A stretch of 64,000 nt of DNA from an uncultured Candidatus Saccharibacteria bacterium (GCA_964360585.1 CAYHXC010000005.1:7947-71946), one strand, 5' to 3'; counted from the stretch's first letter, positions 1-9,773 are shown. Notes: a model not told the origin generated them from the sequence alone. Translations and numbers: made by a program.

Positions 1-296
1 GGGTAGATATTGGAAGTCCTACCCACAACCAAAATCCAGTCCGCCCCAGCGGCCACGGCCTGTTCGATGAGCTCGTCGTTTGCATGGATCCCTTTGGCCA
101 GGATTGGCTTTTCGGTTAGTGCACGCGCCTTCCGGACCAAATCAAACGAACCACCCCAGCGTGGATCGGTGTGGATGGAGATGATGTCGCCAATTTTATT
201 CGCAATTTTAAATAATTCGTCCCACGTCTTTTCCGATTTAAATCCAAATGGGGACTGCGTTTTTACTTCGGCAATGATTTCTATGCCCCGATACAT
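1..296 (-). CDS. Indole-3-glycerol-phosphate synthase (TrpC)-like TIM-barrel protein, 3' truncated by the window edge (not in ORF track)
   Basis: Hand translation MYRGIEIIAEVKTQSPFG...ISIHTDPRWGGSFDLVRKARALTEKPILAKG...AAGADWILVV resembles the IGPS motifs IIAEvK-aSPS, ISVLTD..F.GS, PILRKD and GADAILLI. Confidence 0.65.
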   Translation of the reverse strand, partial: MYRGIEIIAEVKTQSPFGFKSEKTWDELFKIANKIGDIISIHTDPRWGGSFDLVRKARALTEKPILAKGIHANDELIEQAVAAGADWILVVGRTSNIY

Positions 297-356
297 GTGT
301 AAATTATAGCAGGGAAGTGCTTGAGAAGACGGTAAAACCAGTGTATATTGGTCTTT

Positions 357-1634
357 ATGATTGATGTGAAACTCCTTCGGGAAGAACCGAAAAAGGTAAA
401 AGACGGCATTGCCAAAAAAAATAAGGATCCGAAACTGGTGGATCGTTTTGGGGAGCTTGATGCCGAATGGCGAAAGTTGGTTAAGGAGGCAGACGAACTT
501 CGAGCAGAGCAGAAAAAAGTAGCCACAGTTCGAGACATTGAAGCGGGTAAGGAACTTAAGGGCAAGCTGAAAGAATTAGAAGAAAGAATCGCTACTGTAG
601 CAACGGAACGAGACACGGTTTGGCGACAGATTCCGAACCTGCCACTTCCCGATGTTATTGTTGGGAAAGATGAGTCAGAAAATCGGCCGATCCGAACTTG
701 GGGAGAGCCGACGAAGTTTGATTTTGAGCCGAAGGATCATCTTGATCTTGGAGAAGCTTTGGGGATGATTGATGTTAAAAAAGCGAGTGAGATTTCCGGG
801 TCGCGTTTCGCGTACTTGAAGGGAGATATCGCTATGCTGGAGTTTGCGCTTATCACCCACACCCTCCACACACTTCGGAATGAGGAAGTTTTGAAAGAGA
901 TTGCGGATAGGATTCGTCCGGGATATTCCACGAAGGCGTTTGTGCCGATCGTGCCACCACAGATGATCCGGCCGGAGATTTTTGCTCGGATGGGTCGGCT
1001 CGATCCGCCGGAAGATAAGTATTATATTCCATCCGATGATCTGTATCTTATCGGCAGTGCCGAACACACCTTGGGGCCGCTCCATATGGATGAGACACTT
1101 TCTGAAGATCAGTTGCCAATTCGCTATGTCGGATTTTCAACCAGTTTCCGGCGCGAGGCGGGTACGTACGGGAAGGATATGAAGGGCATTCTTCGTGTGC
1201 ACCAGTTTGATAAACTGGAAATGGAATCATTTACAACCAAAGAAGATTCCGGGGACGAACAAAACTTCCTTGTTGGCATTCAAGAGTATTTACTTCAGTC
1301 GCTTGGGTTGCCATACCAGGTGATGTCCATTTGCACTGGAGATATGGGCGGACCGGATGCGCGACAGATTGATATCGATGCCTGGATGCCCGGACAGGGG
1401 AAGTACCGTGAGACGCACACCTCTGATCTTATGACCGACTATCAGTCGCGCCGTTTGAGCATTAAAGTTCGTCGCGAGGACGGAACGGTCGAACTAGTTC
1501 ATATGAATGATGCTACCGCTTTTGCCGTCGGGCGGATTCTGATTGCGATCATGGAAAACTACCAGACAAGTGATGGCACGATTCGTATTCCCGAAGTTCT
1601 TGTAACCTACATGGGGAAAGCGGTGATCGGCTAG
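357..1634 (+). CDS. serS: Seryl-tRNA synthetase
   Basis: N-terminal coiled coil, FRREAG motif 2, RVHQFDKLE, TDYQSRRL, AVGRILIAIMEN motif 3. Confidence 0.97.
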   Translation: MIDVKLLREEPKKVKDGIAKKNKDPKLVDRFGELDAEWRKLVKEADELRAEQKKVATVRDIEAGKELKGKLKELEERIATVATERDTVWRQIPNLPLPDVIVGKDESENRPIRTWGEPTKFDFEPKDHLDLGEALGMIDVKKASEISGSRFAYLKGDIAMLEFALITHTLHTLRNEEVLKEIADRIRPGYSTKAFVPIVPPQMIRPEIFARMGRLDPPEDKYYIPSDDLYLIGSAEHTLGPLHMDETLSEDQLPIRYVGFSTSFRREAGTYGKDMKGILRVHQFDKLEMESFTTKEDSGDEQNFLVGIQEYLLQSLGLPYQVMSICTGDMGGPDARQIDIDAWMPGQGKYRETHTSDLMTDYQSRRLSIKVRREDGTVELVHMNDATAFAVGRILIAIMENYQTSDGTIRIPEVLVTYMGKAVIG

Positions 1635-1669
1635 TGGCAGTTTTTAGGAAGGAATTCTAAAATTATCGT

Positions 1670-2626
1670 ATGCTCGAGATTATTCAGCGTCTAAGAGAGA
1701 AGGCCGGATTAGGTTTCTATCTTCGTCCCCAGACCTACGAAGTTTCTTTGGAAGTGGTGTTGGCTAATATTTGCATGTTCAGTCGTGACTACGCCGTTCT
1801 CGTTCCGCTTCCTCGCGAGTCCCGGAATCAGCGGATCACGAAGGGCCCGGAGATTTTTCCGAAGACCGTTAGCATCCAGTATGATCGCGAGTTCAATAAT
1901 CCGTACGTGGTTTTTACCGGCAATAGTGTTTCCAAAGAAAGTTTTATTTTTCGGGTAAATTTTGAGGTGGCGGTTGATCGAAGTGAGGTGCGACGAAGGC
2001 AGACGTTTATCACCTCTGATTACGCTCGGCTTGACCGGGCGCTTTTTGATCAGTGGACGGCTTCAAGCGAACATATTGATATTCGCGACACACGAATTAT
2101 CAGTCTCGCGAATGAGGTGAAAAAAGGAGCCAGCGACGTCTATGGTGTCCTTGCGAATATCAATGAGTACATTATTAGTCATCTTCGTTATGGCGAGCCA
2201 ATCGCGGGACTCTATTCAGTTGACCAGACACTCACAAAAACCGTCGTGGATTGCGGCGGATTCGATGTTCTTTTTATTGCGCTCGCGCGGGCGTGCGGCA
2301 TTCCGGCGCGTCTTGTTTCCGGGTACTGGGCTGGCTACGGCACGAACACTATGCACGCCTGGGCTGAAGCGCTTCTACCCGATGGCGAGTGGTTGCCGGC
2401 TGATCCATCTGTGGAACAGTTGACTCGAGGGGGACGAACGTTGAAAGGCGGCCGATTGGGATTTATCGGCAGCAATCGTCTTATCTTTTCCTACGGTACG
2501 GATATTCCGATTGTGGTTGATGGAAAAACAATGACCTTGCCATTACTCCAGAATCCAGTGCTCGTTTTCCCCGAAACGCTGGAGGATTTTTCTTTGACGT
2601 ACACAGTAAAAACAAAGCGGTTATGA
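1670..2626 (+). CDS. Transglutaminase-like domain protein
   Basis: DCGGF...ALARACGIPAR...HAWAE...WLPADP Cys-His-Asp triad pattern. Confidence 0.85.
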   Translation: MLEIIQRLREKAGLGFYLRPQTYEVSLEVVLANICMFSRDYAVLVPLPRESRNQRITKGPEIFPKTVSIQYDREFNNPYVVFTGNSVSKESFIFRVNFEVAVDRSEVRRRQTFITSDYARLDRALFDQWTASSEHIDIRDTRIISLANEVKKGASDVYGVLANINEYIISHLRYGEPIAGLYSVDQTLTKTVVDCGGFDVLFIALARACGIPARLVSGYWAGYGTNTMHAWAEALLPDGEWLPADPSVEQLTRGGRTLKGGRLGFIGSNRLIFSYGTDIPIVVDGKTMTLPLLQNPVLVFPETLEDFSLTYTVKTKRL

Positions 2627-3870
2627 GGCGAGCAATCTTCACCGGATTTTCTCCAAATCTTGAGTGGAGCGACGCTTTTTTGGCTTGGCGGATTTTTTTC
2701 CAGCCGTGGCGGTGGCGAAAGGGGAACGTGGCCAAAGCACTTGAGGCGCGCATTCGCCAGGATTTTACGATCAGGTATGCGGTGGCGTTCGAGTCGGGAC
2801 GAACCAGCCTGACAACACTGCTTCAGACTTCCGGATTAGCCGCGGGCGATGAAGTGGCGCTTCAGGCCTACACCTGTGTTGCTGTGCCGAACGCTGTCTT
2901 ATGGGCGGGACTGAAACCCATCTATATCGACTGTCTCCGAGACACGCTCACGATGTCGCCCCGGGATGTAGAGAAGAAAATTACGCCGCGGACAAAAGCC
3001 ATCATTATTCAGTACACCTTCGGTCAGGTTGGAGCGCTCGACGAAATTTTGAAAATTGCGCGCGAGAAAAATCTCATTGTGATCGAAGACTGCGCTCATG
3101 TGATCGGCGGGAAGCATCACGGACAGCTTTTAGGCACAGTGGGAGATGCCAGTTTTTTTAGTTTCGGCCGGGACAAGGTAATTTCCGGCGTTTTTGGCGG
3201 TATGGCGCTTACCAATAACGACGATTGGGGCAAACGTCTTCGGGCCGCCGAAGAAAAATATAATTTTCCGGATTATCTTTGGATCTGGCAACAGATCAAT
3301 CATCCCATTGTAACCATGAAAGCAAAACTGTTGTACCGGATTGGTTTGGGAAAGGTGATTTTTCGAGTGGCGCAAAAACTGCACTGGATTTCCAAAACTG
3401 TTGTACCAGCCGAACGAAATGGAAAGAAGCCGCCGTTCGTTTTCCGAAAAATGCCGAACGCGCTCGCCCGACTGACGCTTCATCAGTACGAAAAACTGGA
3501 ACGATTCAACACGCATCGCAAGAGTATTGGGAAGTGGTATCGGGAAAAACTCCGTGGCAATCAAACCTACGAACTATTACGCGAGGAAGAGGAAAGTATT
3601 CCGCTTCGTTTTTTCGTTCAGGTGGAAAATCCGAATGACCTCATTCGTTTCGCTAAAAAGGAAAGTATCTACCTCGGCGACTGGTATAATGAGGCGGTTG
3701 CTCCAACGGGCGTGCAGTATGAACGAATCGGATATCAAGAGGGAAGCTGTCCCGTGGCGGAAGAGTTGGCTAAACATTCCGTAAATCTTCCCGTCGATAT
3801 CCATAGCGGAGAAAAAGAAGCTAAGCGAGTTATAGACACCCTCCAAAAATATTCCGAAGAAAAAAAATGA
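2623..3870 (+). CDS. DegT/DnrJ/EryC1/StrS family PLP aminotransferase
   Basis: GDEV, IEDCAH, SFGRDK (PLP lysine), CPVAEELA..SVNLP. Confidence 0.9.
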   Translation: MRRAIFTGFSPNLEWSDAFLAWRIFFQPWRWRKGNVAKALEARIRQDFTIRYAVAFESGRTSLTTLLQTSGLAAGDEVALQAYTCVAVPNAVLWAGLKPIYIDCLRDTLTMSPRDVEKKITPRTKAIIIQYTFGQVGALDEILKIAREKNLIVIEDCAHVIGGKHHGQLLGTVGDASFFSFGRDKVISGVFGGMALTNNDDWGKRLRAAEEKYNFPDYLWIWQQINHPIVTMKAKLLYRIGLGKVIFRVAQKLHWISKTVVPAERNGKKPPFVFRKMPNALARLTLHQYEKLERFNTHRKSIGKWYREKLRGNQTYELLREEEESIPLRFFVQVENPNDLIRFAKKESIYLGDWYNEAVAPTGVQYERIGYQEGSCPVAEELAKHSVNLPVDIHSGEKEAKRVIDTLQKYSEEKK

Positions 3871-4889
3871 CCATAGCAGAAATTCATTCGAAAACGGAAT
3901 GGGAGCATTTTTTAGCCGAGGCAAGCCCGCATTCTTTTTTACACTCATGGAACTGGGGTGAGGTTCAGGAAAAGTTAGGGACAAAAGTAATTCGCCTTGG
4001 GCTCTACGAAGATCAATCTCTCATCGCGGTCGCCCTCATCCTTCTTATAAAAGCGCGGCGAGGCTCATTTCTCTTTTGCCCTCATGGACCGGTGGTTGAA
4101 AACAAGGAAAACATAAAACCGGTTCTTACAACGCTTCTTCCCGAGCTCGAGAAGAGAGGCAAGGAGCTGGGGTGTGTCTTCATCCGCGTGAGTCCACTGT
4201 TCAAAAAAAATTCGGAGTACGAAGCCATTTTTCGAGAGTTAGGATTTCGGAACGCACCGGTTCATTTAATGCATCCAGAGTTGGCCTGGATTTTAAATAT
4301 TGATGAGAGCGAGGAAGCCATTCTCAAAAATATGCGGAAGACAACCCGGTATCTGGTGAGGCGAGGAGAGAAGGAAGGGGTCAAAATTCGGATTGGAGAA
4401 ACGAAAGAGGATCTCGAAAATTTCCTCAAAGTCTATCGCACGACTGTTGACCGCCAAAACTTTACTCCCTTTAAAGGTGATTTTTTTAAAACCGAGCTCG
4501 AGGTTTTTAAAAAAGATAATCAGGTGAAGCTATTTTTGGCCGAGTATGACGGAAAAGTAATTACCGCGGCCATGATCGTGTTTTATGGCCAGTCTGCTTT
4601 CTATCACCATGGAGCGTCGGATCAGACATACAGCCACATTCCCGGCGCCTATCTCCTCCAGTGGCAGGTTATTCGTGAAGCAAAGGCGCGAGGACTACAG
4701 TTCTATAATTTTTGGGGAATCGTTCCACCGGAAGAAAAGAAACACCCTTGGGCGGGCCTTTCGCTTTTTAAAACCGGTTTCGGGGGGTATAGCGAAGTCT
4801 ATCTCCACGCCCAAGACTATCTGCTTTCTCAAAAATACTGGCTTGTGTATTTCATTGAGACACTGCGGCGAAAGAAACGGAGACTCTAA
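3867..4889 (+). CDS. FemAB/FemX-family tRNA-dependent aminoacyltransferase
   Basis: SFLHSWNW, PHGPV, MRKTTRYLVRR, YLLQW..I..AK..G..FYNFWG, GL..FK.GFGG. Confidence 0.9.
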   Translation: MTIAEIHSKTEWEHFLAEASPHSFLHSWNWGEVQEKLGTKVIRLGLYEDQSLIAVALILLIKARRGSFLFCPHGPVVENKENIKPVLTTLLPELEKRGKELGCVFIRVSPLFKKNSEYEAIFRELGFRNAPVHLMHPELAWILNIDESEEAILKNMRKTTRYLVRRGEKEGVKIRIGETKEDLENFLKVYRTTVDRQNFTPFKGDFFKTELEVFKKDNQVKLFLAEYDGKVITAAMIVFYGQSAFYHHGASDQTYSHIPGAYLLQWQVIREAKARGLQFYNFWGIVPPEEKKHPWAGLSLFKTGFGGYSEVYLHAQDYLLSQKYWLVYFIETLRRKKRRL

Positions 4890-5048
4890 TTTATGCTGTG
4901 GAGATTTTTTCTTTGGTTAATTGAGGGCAAGAAGGTAAGATGAAAGCATGTCAGGTAGTGAAAATTCGATATTTCTCGGGATTATTTTACCTGGATATAA
5001 AAAGGCGCCGGCTTTGTTTTTTAACCAATCGAATTTTTACTATCTAAC

Positions 5049-5879
5049 ATGAACCCGCCTCAACGGGAGAAACTGCCGCCGCGGGTGAGCGATCTCCACA
5101 CGCACGCTCGCCGTGAAAAACGGAAAACCTTACTTATTTTCGGATCTGTTTTTTTGATCATTCTTGGCGTTGTCGCCTGGTGGCTTTTCATTCAGTCGCG
5201 TGTTCTTCGGTTCGATACGTTTGCCGTCGAAGGCAACACGCGCCTGACCGACCAGGAAATCATCACCCTCCTTAAGGAAAAAGTTATTGCGCCGAAATTT
5301 TTCAGTCGCTTCTTGGGGCAGGATCATTTTTTCATCTGGCCGAGGGCGATCAGTTCGAAGCAGGTGCGAACCTTGGGAAATTTGAAAAATATCTCCTTTG
5401 ATCGTGACATTGTACAGCACCGTCTTACGATTACGGTCGAGGAGTATCAGTTTTTTGCCACCATCTGTCTTCGGAAAAATGATCCGCCGAAATGTTTTTG
5501 GTTCGACAAGGACGGCAATGTGTTCGAAGACGCCTTCTTTCCCGAGGGGATTTTAGTTTTCCGACTCGACGACTCTGTTCGAGAGAACCTGGCGCTTGGA
5601 GACGCTATCTACCCACCGGAAAAACAAGCCAACCTCCTGTCAGTTTTTACGATTATCAAAGAATTGGAGCTTGAAACGTCTGCTTGGACGATTCGCGCCA
5701 ACACACCCGATATTCTCGAAGTTCAGGTTCTGGATGGACCGCTTATCTACTTCAATCTGCAGTTTCCGAGCGCGTACACCGGACAGATAATCCGTTCTTT
5801 GATCGGCCAGAAAGGATTGCGGAACATTGAGTATATTGATTTTCGTATAGAGAACCGTGTCTACTACAAAGATGCATAA
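5049..5879 (+). CDS. ftsQ: FtsQ/DivIB-like cell division protein
   Basis: Single N-terminal TM, POTRA-like VEGNTRL, C-terminal YIDFRIENRVYYK. Confidence 0.7.
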   Translation: MNPPQREKLPPRVSDLHTHARREKRKTLLIFGSVFLIILGVVAWWLFIQSRVLRFDTFAVEGNTRLTDQEIITLLKEKVIAPKFFSRFLGQDHFFIWPRAISSKQVRTLGNLKNISFDRDIVQHRLTITVEEYQFFATICLRKNDPPKCFWFDKDGNVFEDAFFPEGILVFRLDDSVRENLALGDAIYPPEKQANLLSVFTIIKELELETSAWTIRANTPDILEVQVLDGPLIYFNLQFPSAYTGQIIRSLIGQKGLRNIEYIDFRIENRVYYKDA

Positions 5880-5902
5880 AAAAGAAAGTCTTTGTAGTTT
5901 TT

Positions 5903-6029
5903 GTCATTGCGCCTGTCCGTCGAAGCCTCGGCGTAGGTGGAAGCTTCAGTAGGAGCGTGGCAATCTTGAGTCGATAACTCTTAGATTGCTTCGTTTCATC
6001 GAGCTAAGCTCGATTTCACTCGCAATGAC
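5903..6029. repeat. GTCATTGCG...CGCAATGAC palindromic element (copy 1) with nested small element
   Basis: Terminal IR gtcattgcg/cgcaatgac and inner gcaatct/agattgc; lies between convergent ftsQ and dnaE. Confidence 0.8.
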
Positions 6030-6049
6030 AGAATGACAATTTCTTACTC

Positions 6050-9000
6050 TCAACTAAGGCTTACGGCGTTCTCGCAAATCATCTTCGGTTCGCCGTTTCG
6101 CCAGGAGATTTTTCCTTTGAGATAGATGACATTGCTTTCCTGCCAGACCTGGCCTGTTTTGTTTAAGATGTCGTTAAAGACAACGACCTCGAGCGGTTTT
6201 ATGGAGAAGTCTTCGATGTGGGCAAAAAGCATTGGCTGGCCGTTTTTCGTCACAATCTTCTGGATGCGGGAAATAAGACCAAGGATCTTTATCGTCCGGC
6301 CGTCATTTTGGGGTTCCCGGGCCTGGTCGATCGGCGTGCTTTGCCACTCTTTCATTTTATTCGTGAAGCGATTCAAGGGATGATCGGAAAGGAAAAATCC
6401 CAAGAGTTCTTTTTCCCAAACCAGTTTTTCCTGGTCGTTCGTGGCCGCGTTTGGTTTTTTAAGCGTAAGCGTGGCTGTTGGCGGATGGTTGTTGCCAAAA
6501 AGGGAATTCACTGATTCGGTGGCGGCGCGTTTCATGGTTGAACTGAACTTCAGTATCTCATCCATGTTTTCGATAATTTCCTGACGGTCAATTTTCAAGG
6601 AGTCGAAGGTGCCGCACTTGGCCAAGCTTTCCAGGGATTTTTTATTGAGATCCTTGTGATGAATGCGGCGGACAAAATCGTTAAAGTCCTTGAATGATCC
6701 ACCGCGACTTCGCTCTTCGATAATATTCTCCACAATCGCCGCCCCGACATTTTTAATAGCCAGAAGACCGAACCGGATACCAAGACCAGCGCCTTCTTCT
6801 GGGGTGAAGGTTACAAAACTGCGATTGATGTCTGGCGGAAGAATCTGAATTTTCTGTTCCCGTCCTTCCTGGATCAAAAACGAAATACGTTCGATGTCAT
6901 TCATTTCCGCGTTCAAAAGACTAGCCATGAATTCCAGGGGATAGCGGGCCTTCAGATAGGCGGTTTGATATCCAATTAAAGCGTAGCAGGCGGCATGGCT
7001 TTTGTTGAAGCCGTACCGAGCAAACGGCGGAAAGAGTTCCCAGATGGCTTTAGCGGTTTTTTCTGGAATGCCGTTTTTCTCCATGCCCGAGATTAACTTT
7101 TCTTTTTGTTCATCGAGCAGGGATTTAATTTTTTTACCGATAGCTTTGCGGAGTGTGTCAGCTTCAGCCAGAGTAAAACCGGCCAAACTGCGGGCGATCT
7201 GCATCATCTGCTCCTGATACACACCGATGCCATAGGTCATGCCGAGAATCGGCTCAAGTTTGGGGTGAAGATACGTTATTTTTTCCTTACCTTCTTTGCG
7301 TTTGATAAACGATGGAATCAGTTCCATCGGTCCGGGACGGAATAAAGCCACGAGTGCGATCAGATCTTCGAGCATCGTCGGTTTCATTTCTTTCATGTAC
7401 CTTCGCATGCCGCTCGACTCAAACTGGAAGACGCCGGTTGTGTCGCCGGCTTGGAGGAGGGCGAAGGTGGCGGCATCATCAAGCGGCAGTTTTGACATGT
7501 TGATGTTTTCACCGCGTGTTTCGCGAACGAGGCGGATGGTGTCTTGAATGGTCGAGAGGTTACGAAGGCCGAGGAAGTCAATTTTCAAAAGTCCGAGATC
7601 CTCCACGGTACGCATTTCAAACTGGGTGATGATACTTGTCTTATCTTGCGGGGCAAACTGGAGCGGAACGTGATTTACAAGTGGATCTTTCGAAATCACC
7701 GTGCCGCAGGCGTGGACTGAAGCGTGACGCGCCACGCCTTCTAAGTGAAGCGCCACGTCAATCAATTTTTTTGCATCAGTGTTCGTGGTATAGAGCTGTT
7801 TTAGTTCCACAACGTCGTCCAAGGCGGTCTGAAGCTCAAGATGCGGCGTCGGTGGAATCAGTTTGGCAATCTGATCACAGAAATCGTAGGACAGTCCCAT
7901 GGCTCGGCCAGCGTCACGAATCGCGGCGCGCGCCGCCATCGTTCCAAAAGTAATAATTTGGGCCACACGGTCCTGGCCATATTTTTCTCGGGCGTAAGCG
8001 AGAACCTCGTCGCGGCGCGTATCGGCAAAATCGATATCGACGTCAGGCATCTGGATACGATCAGGGTTCAAGAAGCGTTCAAAGAGAAGATCGTAGGCGA
8101 GGGGATTGATGTCGGTGATGCGGAGAATGTATGAAAGCAAGCTACCAGCGGCCGATCCACGGCCTGGTCCAACAGAAATGCCGTGGTCTTTGGCCCAGTT
8201 GATCAAATCCTGGACGATTAAAAAGTAATCGGCGAAGCCAGTTTTTTCGATGACGCTCATCTCGTACTCAATTCGCTCCAAGACTTCCGGTGTTTGTTCT
8301 TCTTTGGTAAATCGTTCGCCGATCCGTTCGTTTACGAGATCGCGCAAGTACTCGTTTGCCGATTTGCCGTTTGGTTTTTCAAAGTGAGGAAGGAGAATGC
8401 CGCCCAATTCCAGTTCAAGATTGCACCGATTGGCAATGACTTGGGTGTTCACGACTGCTTCTGGTATAAAAGAAAATTTTTCCGCCATCTCTTCGGGCGA
8501 AGGCATAGAGAAGTCCTCGTCTTTCATGCTCAAACGGTCATCATCGCTCAAACGATTGCCGGTTTGAACCGCTAACAAGATGTCGTGATACTCGGCTTCG
8601 TCTTTATGTAAGTAATGGCTATCCTGGGTGGCGACAAGCGGTACGCCCGTTGTTTTTGAAAGTTCTAAAAGGAGTGGTTCGAGCTGTTCGGATTCCGGAA
8701 TATTCGGATGTTTCTGAATCTCGAGATAATAATTGTCCTTGCCCATAATCTCCTGATACTCAAGAGCGATTCGCTTAGCCTCATCTTTTTTTCCGGCGAG
8801 CAAGGATTGGGCGATCTCTCCTCCAAGACAAGCCGAAAGGGCGATCAGACCTTCGTGATGTTCGCGGAGAATTTCCTTATCAATGCGCGGTTTATAATAG
8901 TAGCCCTCGAGATGCGCGCGCGTGGAAAGCCGGATGAGATTTTTCCAGCCGACCATGTTGGTCGCGAGAAGAATGAGGTGATAGTACTTTTCGCCGGGAT

Positions 9001-9232
9001 CACGTGAGAGGCGAGTCTTTGGAGCAACGTACGTTTCAATGCCGATAATTGGTTTTACGCCCGCTTTCTTCGCTTTTTTATAAAACTCGATCGCCCCATA
9101 GAGGACACCGTGGTCAGTCAAAGCCACACTTTCCATCCTCTGGTCTTTGACGTGTTTTACGAGATTGTCGATTTTGGCGAGTCCGTCCAAGAGGGAGTAG
9201 TGGCTATGAACGTGGAGATGAGTGAACTTCAT
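6050..9232 (-). CDS. dnaE: DNA polymerase III alpha subunit
   Basis: PHP domain HLHVHSHYSLLDG, GRGSAAGS, MPDVDID, YGFNKSHA. Confidence 0.98.
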   Translation of the reverse strand: MKFTHLHVHSHYSLLDGLAKIDNLVKHVKDQRMESVALTDHGVLYGAIEFYKKAKKAGVKPIIGIETYVAPKTRLSRDPGEKYYHLILLATNMVGWKNLIRLSTRAHLEGYYYKPRIDKEILREHHEGLIALSACLGGEIAQSLLAGKKDEAKRIALEYQEIMGKDNYYLEIQKHPNIPESEQLEPLLLELSKTTGVPLVATQDSHYLHKDEAEYHDILLAVQTGNRLSDDDRLSMKDEDFSMPSPEEMAEKFSFIPEAVVNTQVIANRCNLELELGGILLPHFEKPNGKSANEYLRDLVNERIGERFTKEEQTPEVLERIEYEMSVIEKTGFADYFLIVQDLINWAKDHGISVGPGRGSAAGSLLSYILRITDINPLAYDLLFERFLNPDRIQMPDVDIDFADTRRDEVLAYAREKYGQDRVAQIITFGTMAARAAIRDAGRAMGLSYDFCDQIAKLIPPTPHLELQTALDDVVELKQLYTTNTDAKKLIDVALHLEGVARHASVHACGTVISKDPLVNHVPLQFAPQDKTSIITQFEMRTVEDLGLLKIDFLGLRNLSTIQDTIRLVRETRGENINMSKLPLDDAATFALLQAGDTTGVFQFESSGMRRYMKEMKPTMLEDLIALVALFRPGPMELIPSFIKRKEGKEKITYLHPKLEPILGMTYGIGVYQEQMMQIARSLAGFTLAEADTLRKAIGKKIKSLLDEQKEKLISGMEKNGIPEKTAKAIWELFPPFARYGFNKSHAACYALIGYQTAYLKARYPLEFMASLLNAEMNDIERISFLIQEGREQKIQILPPDINRSFVTFTPEEGAGLGIRFGLLAIKNVGAAIVENIIEERSRGGSFKDFNDFVRRIHHKDLNKKSLESLAKCGTFDSLKIDRQEIIENMDEILKFSSTMKRAATESVNSLFGNNHPPTATLTLKKPNAATNDQEKLVWEKELLGFFLSDHPLNRFTNKMKEWQSTPIDQAREPQNDGRTIKILGLISRIQKIVTKNGQPMLFAHIEDFSIKPLEVVVFNDILNKTGQVWQESNVIYLKGKISWRNGEPKMICENAVSLS

Positions 9233-9330
9233 AGGGTCTAGGGGTTAGTGTAGAGGGTGGCAAATAGCAAACACTCTTGACGTGATTGTAATGGAAAAAC
9301 TCTATTACTGAAAGCCTAGTTTTTTTGTCG

Positions 9331-9395
9331 GTCATTGCGCCTGCCCGGCCGTAGTTTTAACAAAGGAGGGAGGAGCGAATCGACGTGGCAATCTC
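9331..9395. repeat. Left half of the GTCATTGCG element (copy 2) with nested CCTGCCCG..GGAGGG insert
   Basis: gtcattgcg[cctgcccggcc...ggaggg]aggagcgaatcgacgtggcaatct. Confidence 0.7.
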
Positions 9396-9437
9396 TAGTC
9401 ATTCGGTATAAGTTGTGGTAATTTTTGGATGCATTTG

Positions 9438-9513
9438 CCCTCCTAACTTTCGAGTGTTGACGAGGAATGGAAGCCCAATTGGAGTATTAGTCATTTCTCG
9501 AAAGTTAGGAGGG
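9438..9513. repeat. 17-bp inverted repeat directly upstream of tRNA-Thr
   Basis: ccctcctaactttcgag (9438-9454) / ctcgaaagttaggaggg (9497-9513). Confidence 0.8.
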
Positions 9514-9517
9514 TAAA

Positions 9518-9748
9518 GCCGCCCTAGCTCAGTGGTAGAGCAGCGCTTTTGCTCCGACGCACTATTTATGATTAAACTAAAGAAGTCGGAGTCCCGACAA
9601 TCAATTTTGCCGAAGTAGCTCAGTGGCAGAGCAACTGTTTTGTAAACAGTAGGTCGTGGGTTCAAATCCCACCTTCGGCTCAAATATGGCAAAATTATTC
9701 GTCGGGATAAACAGTAGGTCGTCGGTTCAAATCCGACGGGCGGCTCCA
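9518..9748 (+). tRNA. Split outer tRNA-Thr(UGU): 5' half 9518-9551, insert 9552-9707, 3' half 9708-9748; possibly a pseudogene
   Basis: Acceptor GCCGCCC/GGGCGGC plus T and encoded CCA; D arm; T arm gtcgg-ttcaaat-ccgac; joined loop TTTG|TAA; anticodon stem gcgct/acagt has 2 mismatches. Confidence 0.75.
9609..9680 (+). tRNA. tRNA-Thr(UGU), intact, nested inside the outer tRNA
   Basis: GCCGAAG/CTTCGGC acceptor, actgt-TTTGTAA-acagt anticodon arm, gtggg-ttcaaat-cccac T arm. Confidence 0.93.
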
Positions 9749-9773
9749 TGATTATGTGGAGTATACTTTAAGG

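Noticed and set aside
9552-9707. Group I intron as the explanation for the tRNA-Thr(UGU) insert
   Set aside because: No P7/S core, the 5' exon ends in G and the insert ends in A. The insert instead matches a double-hairpin repeat.
9399-9749. ORF MEPPVGFEPTT...
   Set aside because: It is the antisense translation of the tRNA genes.
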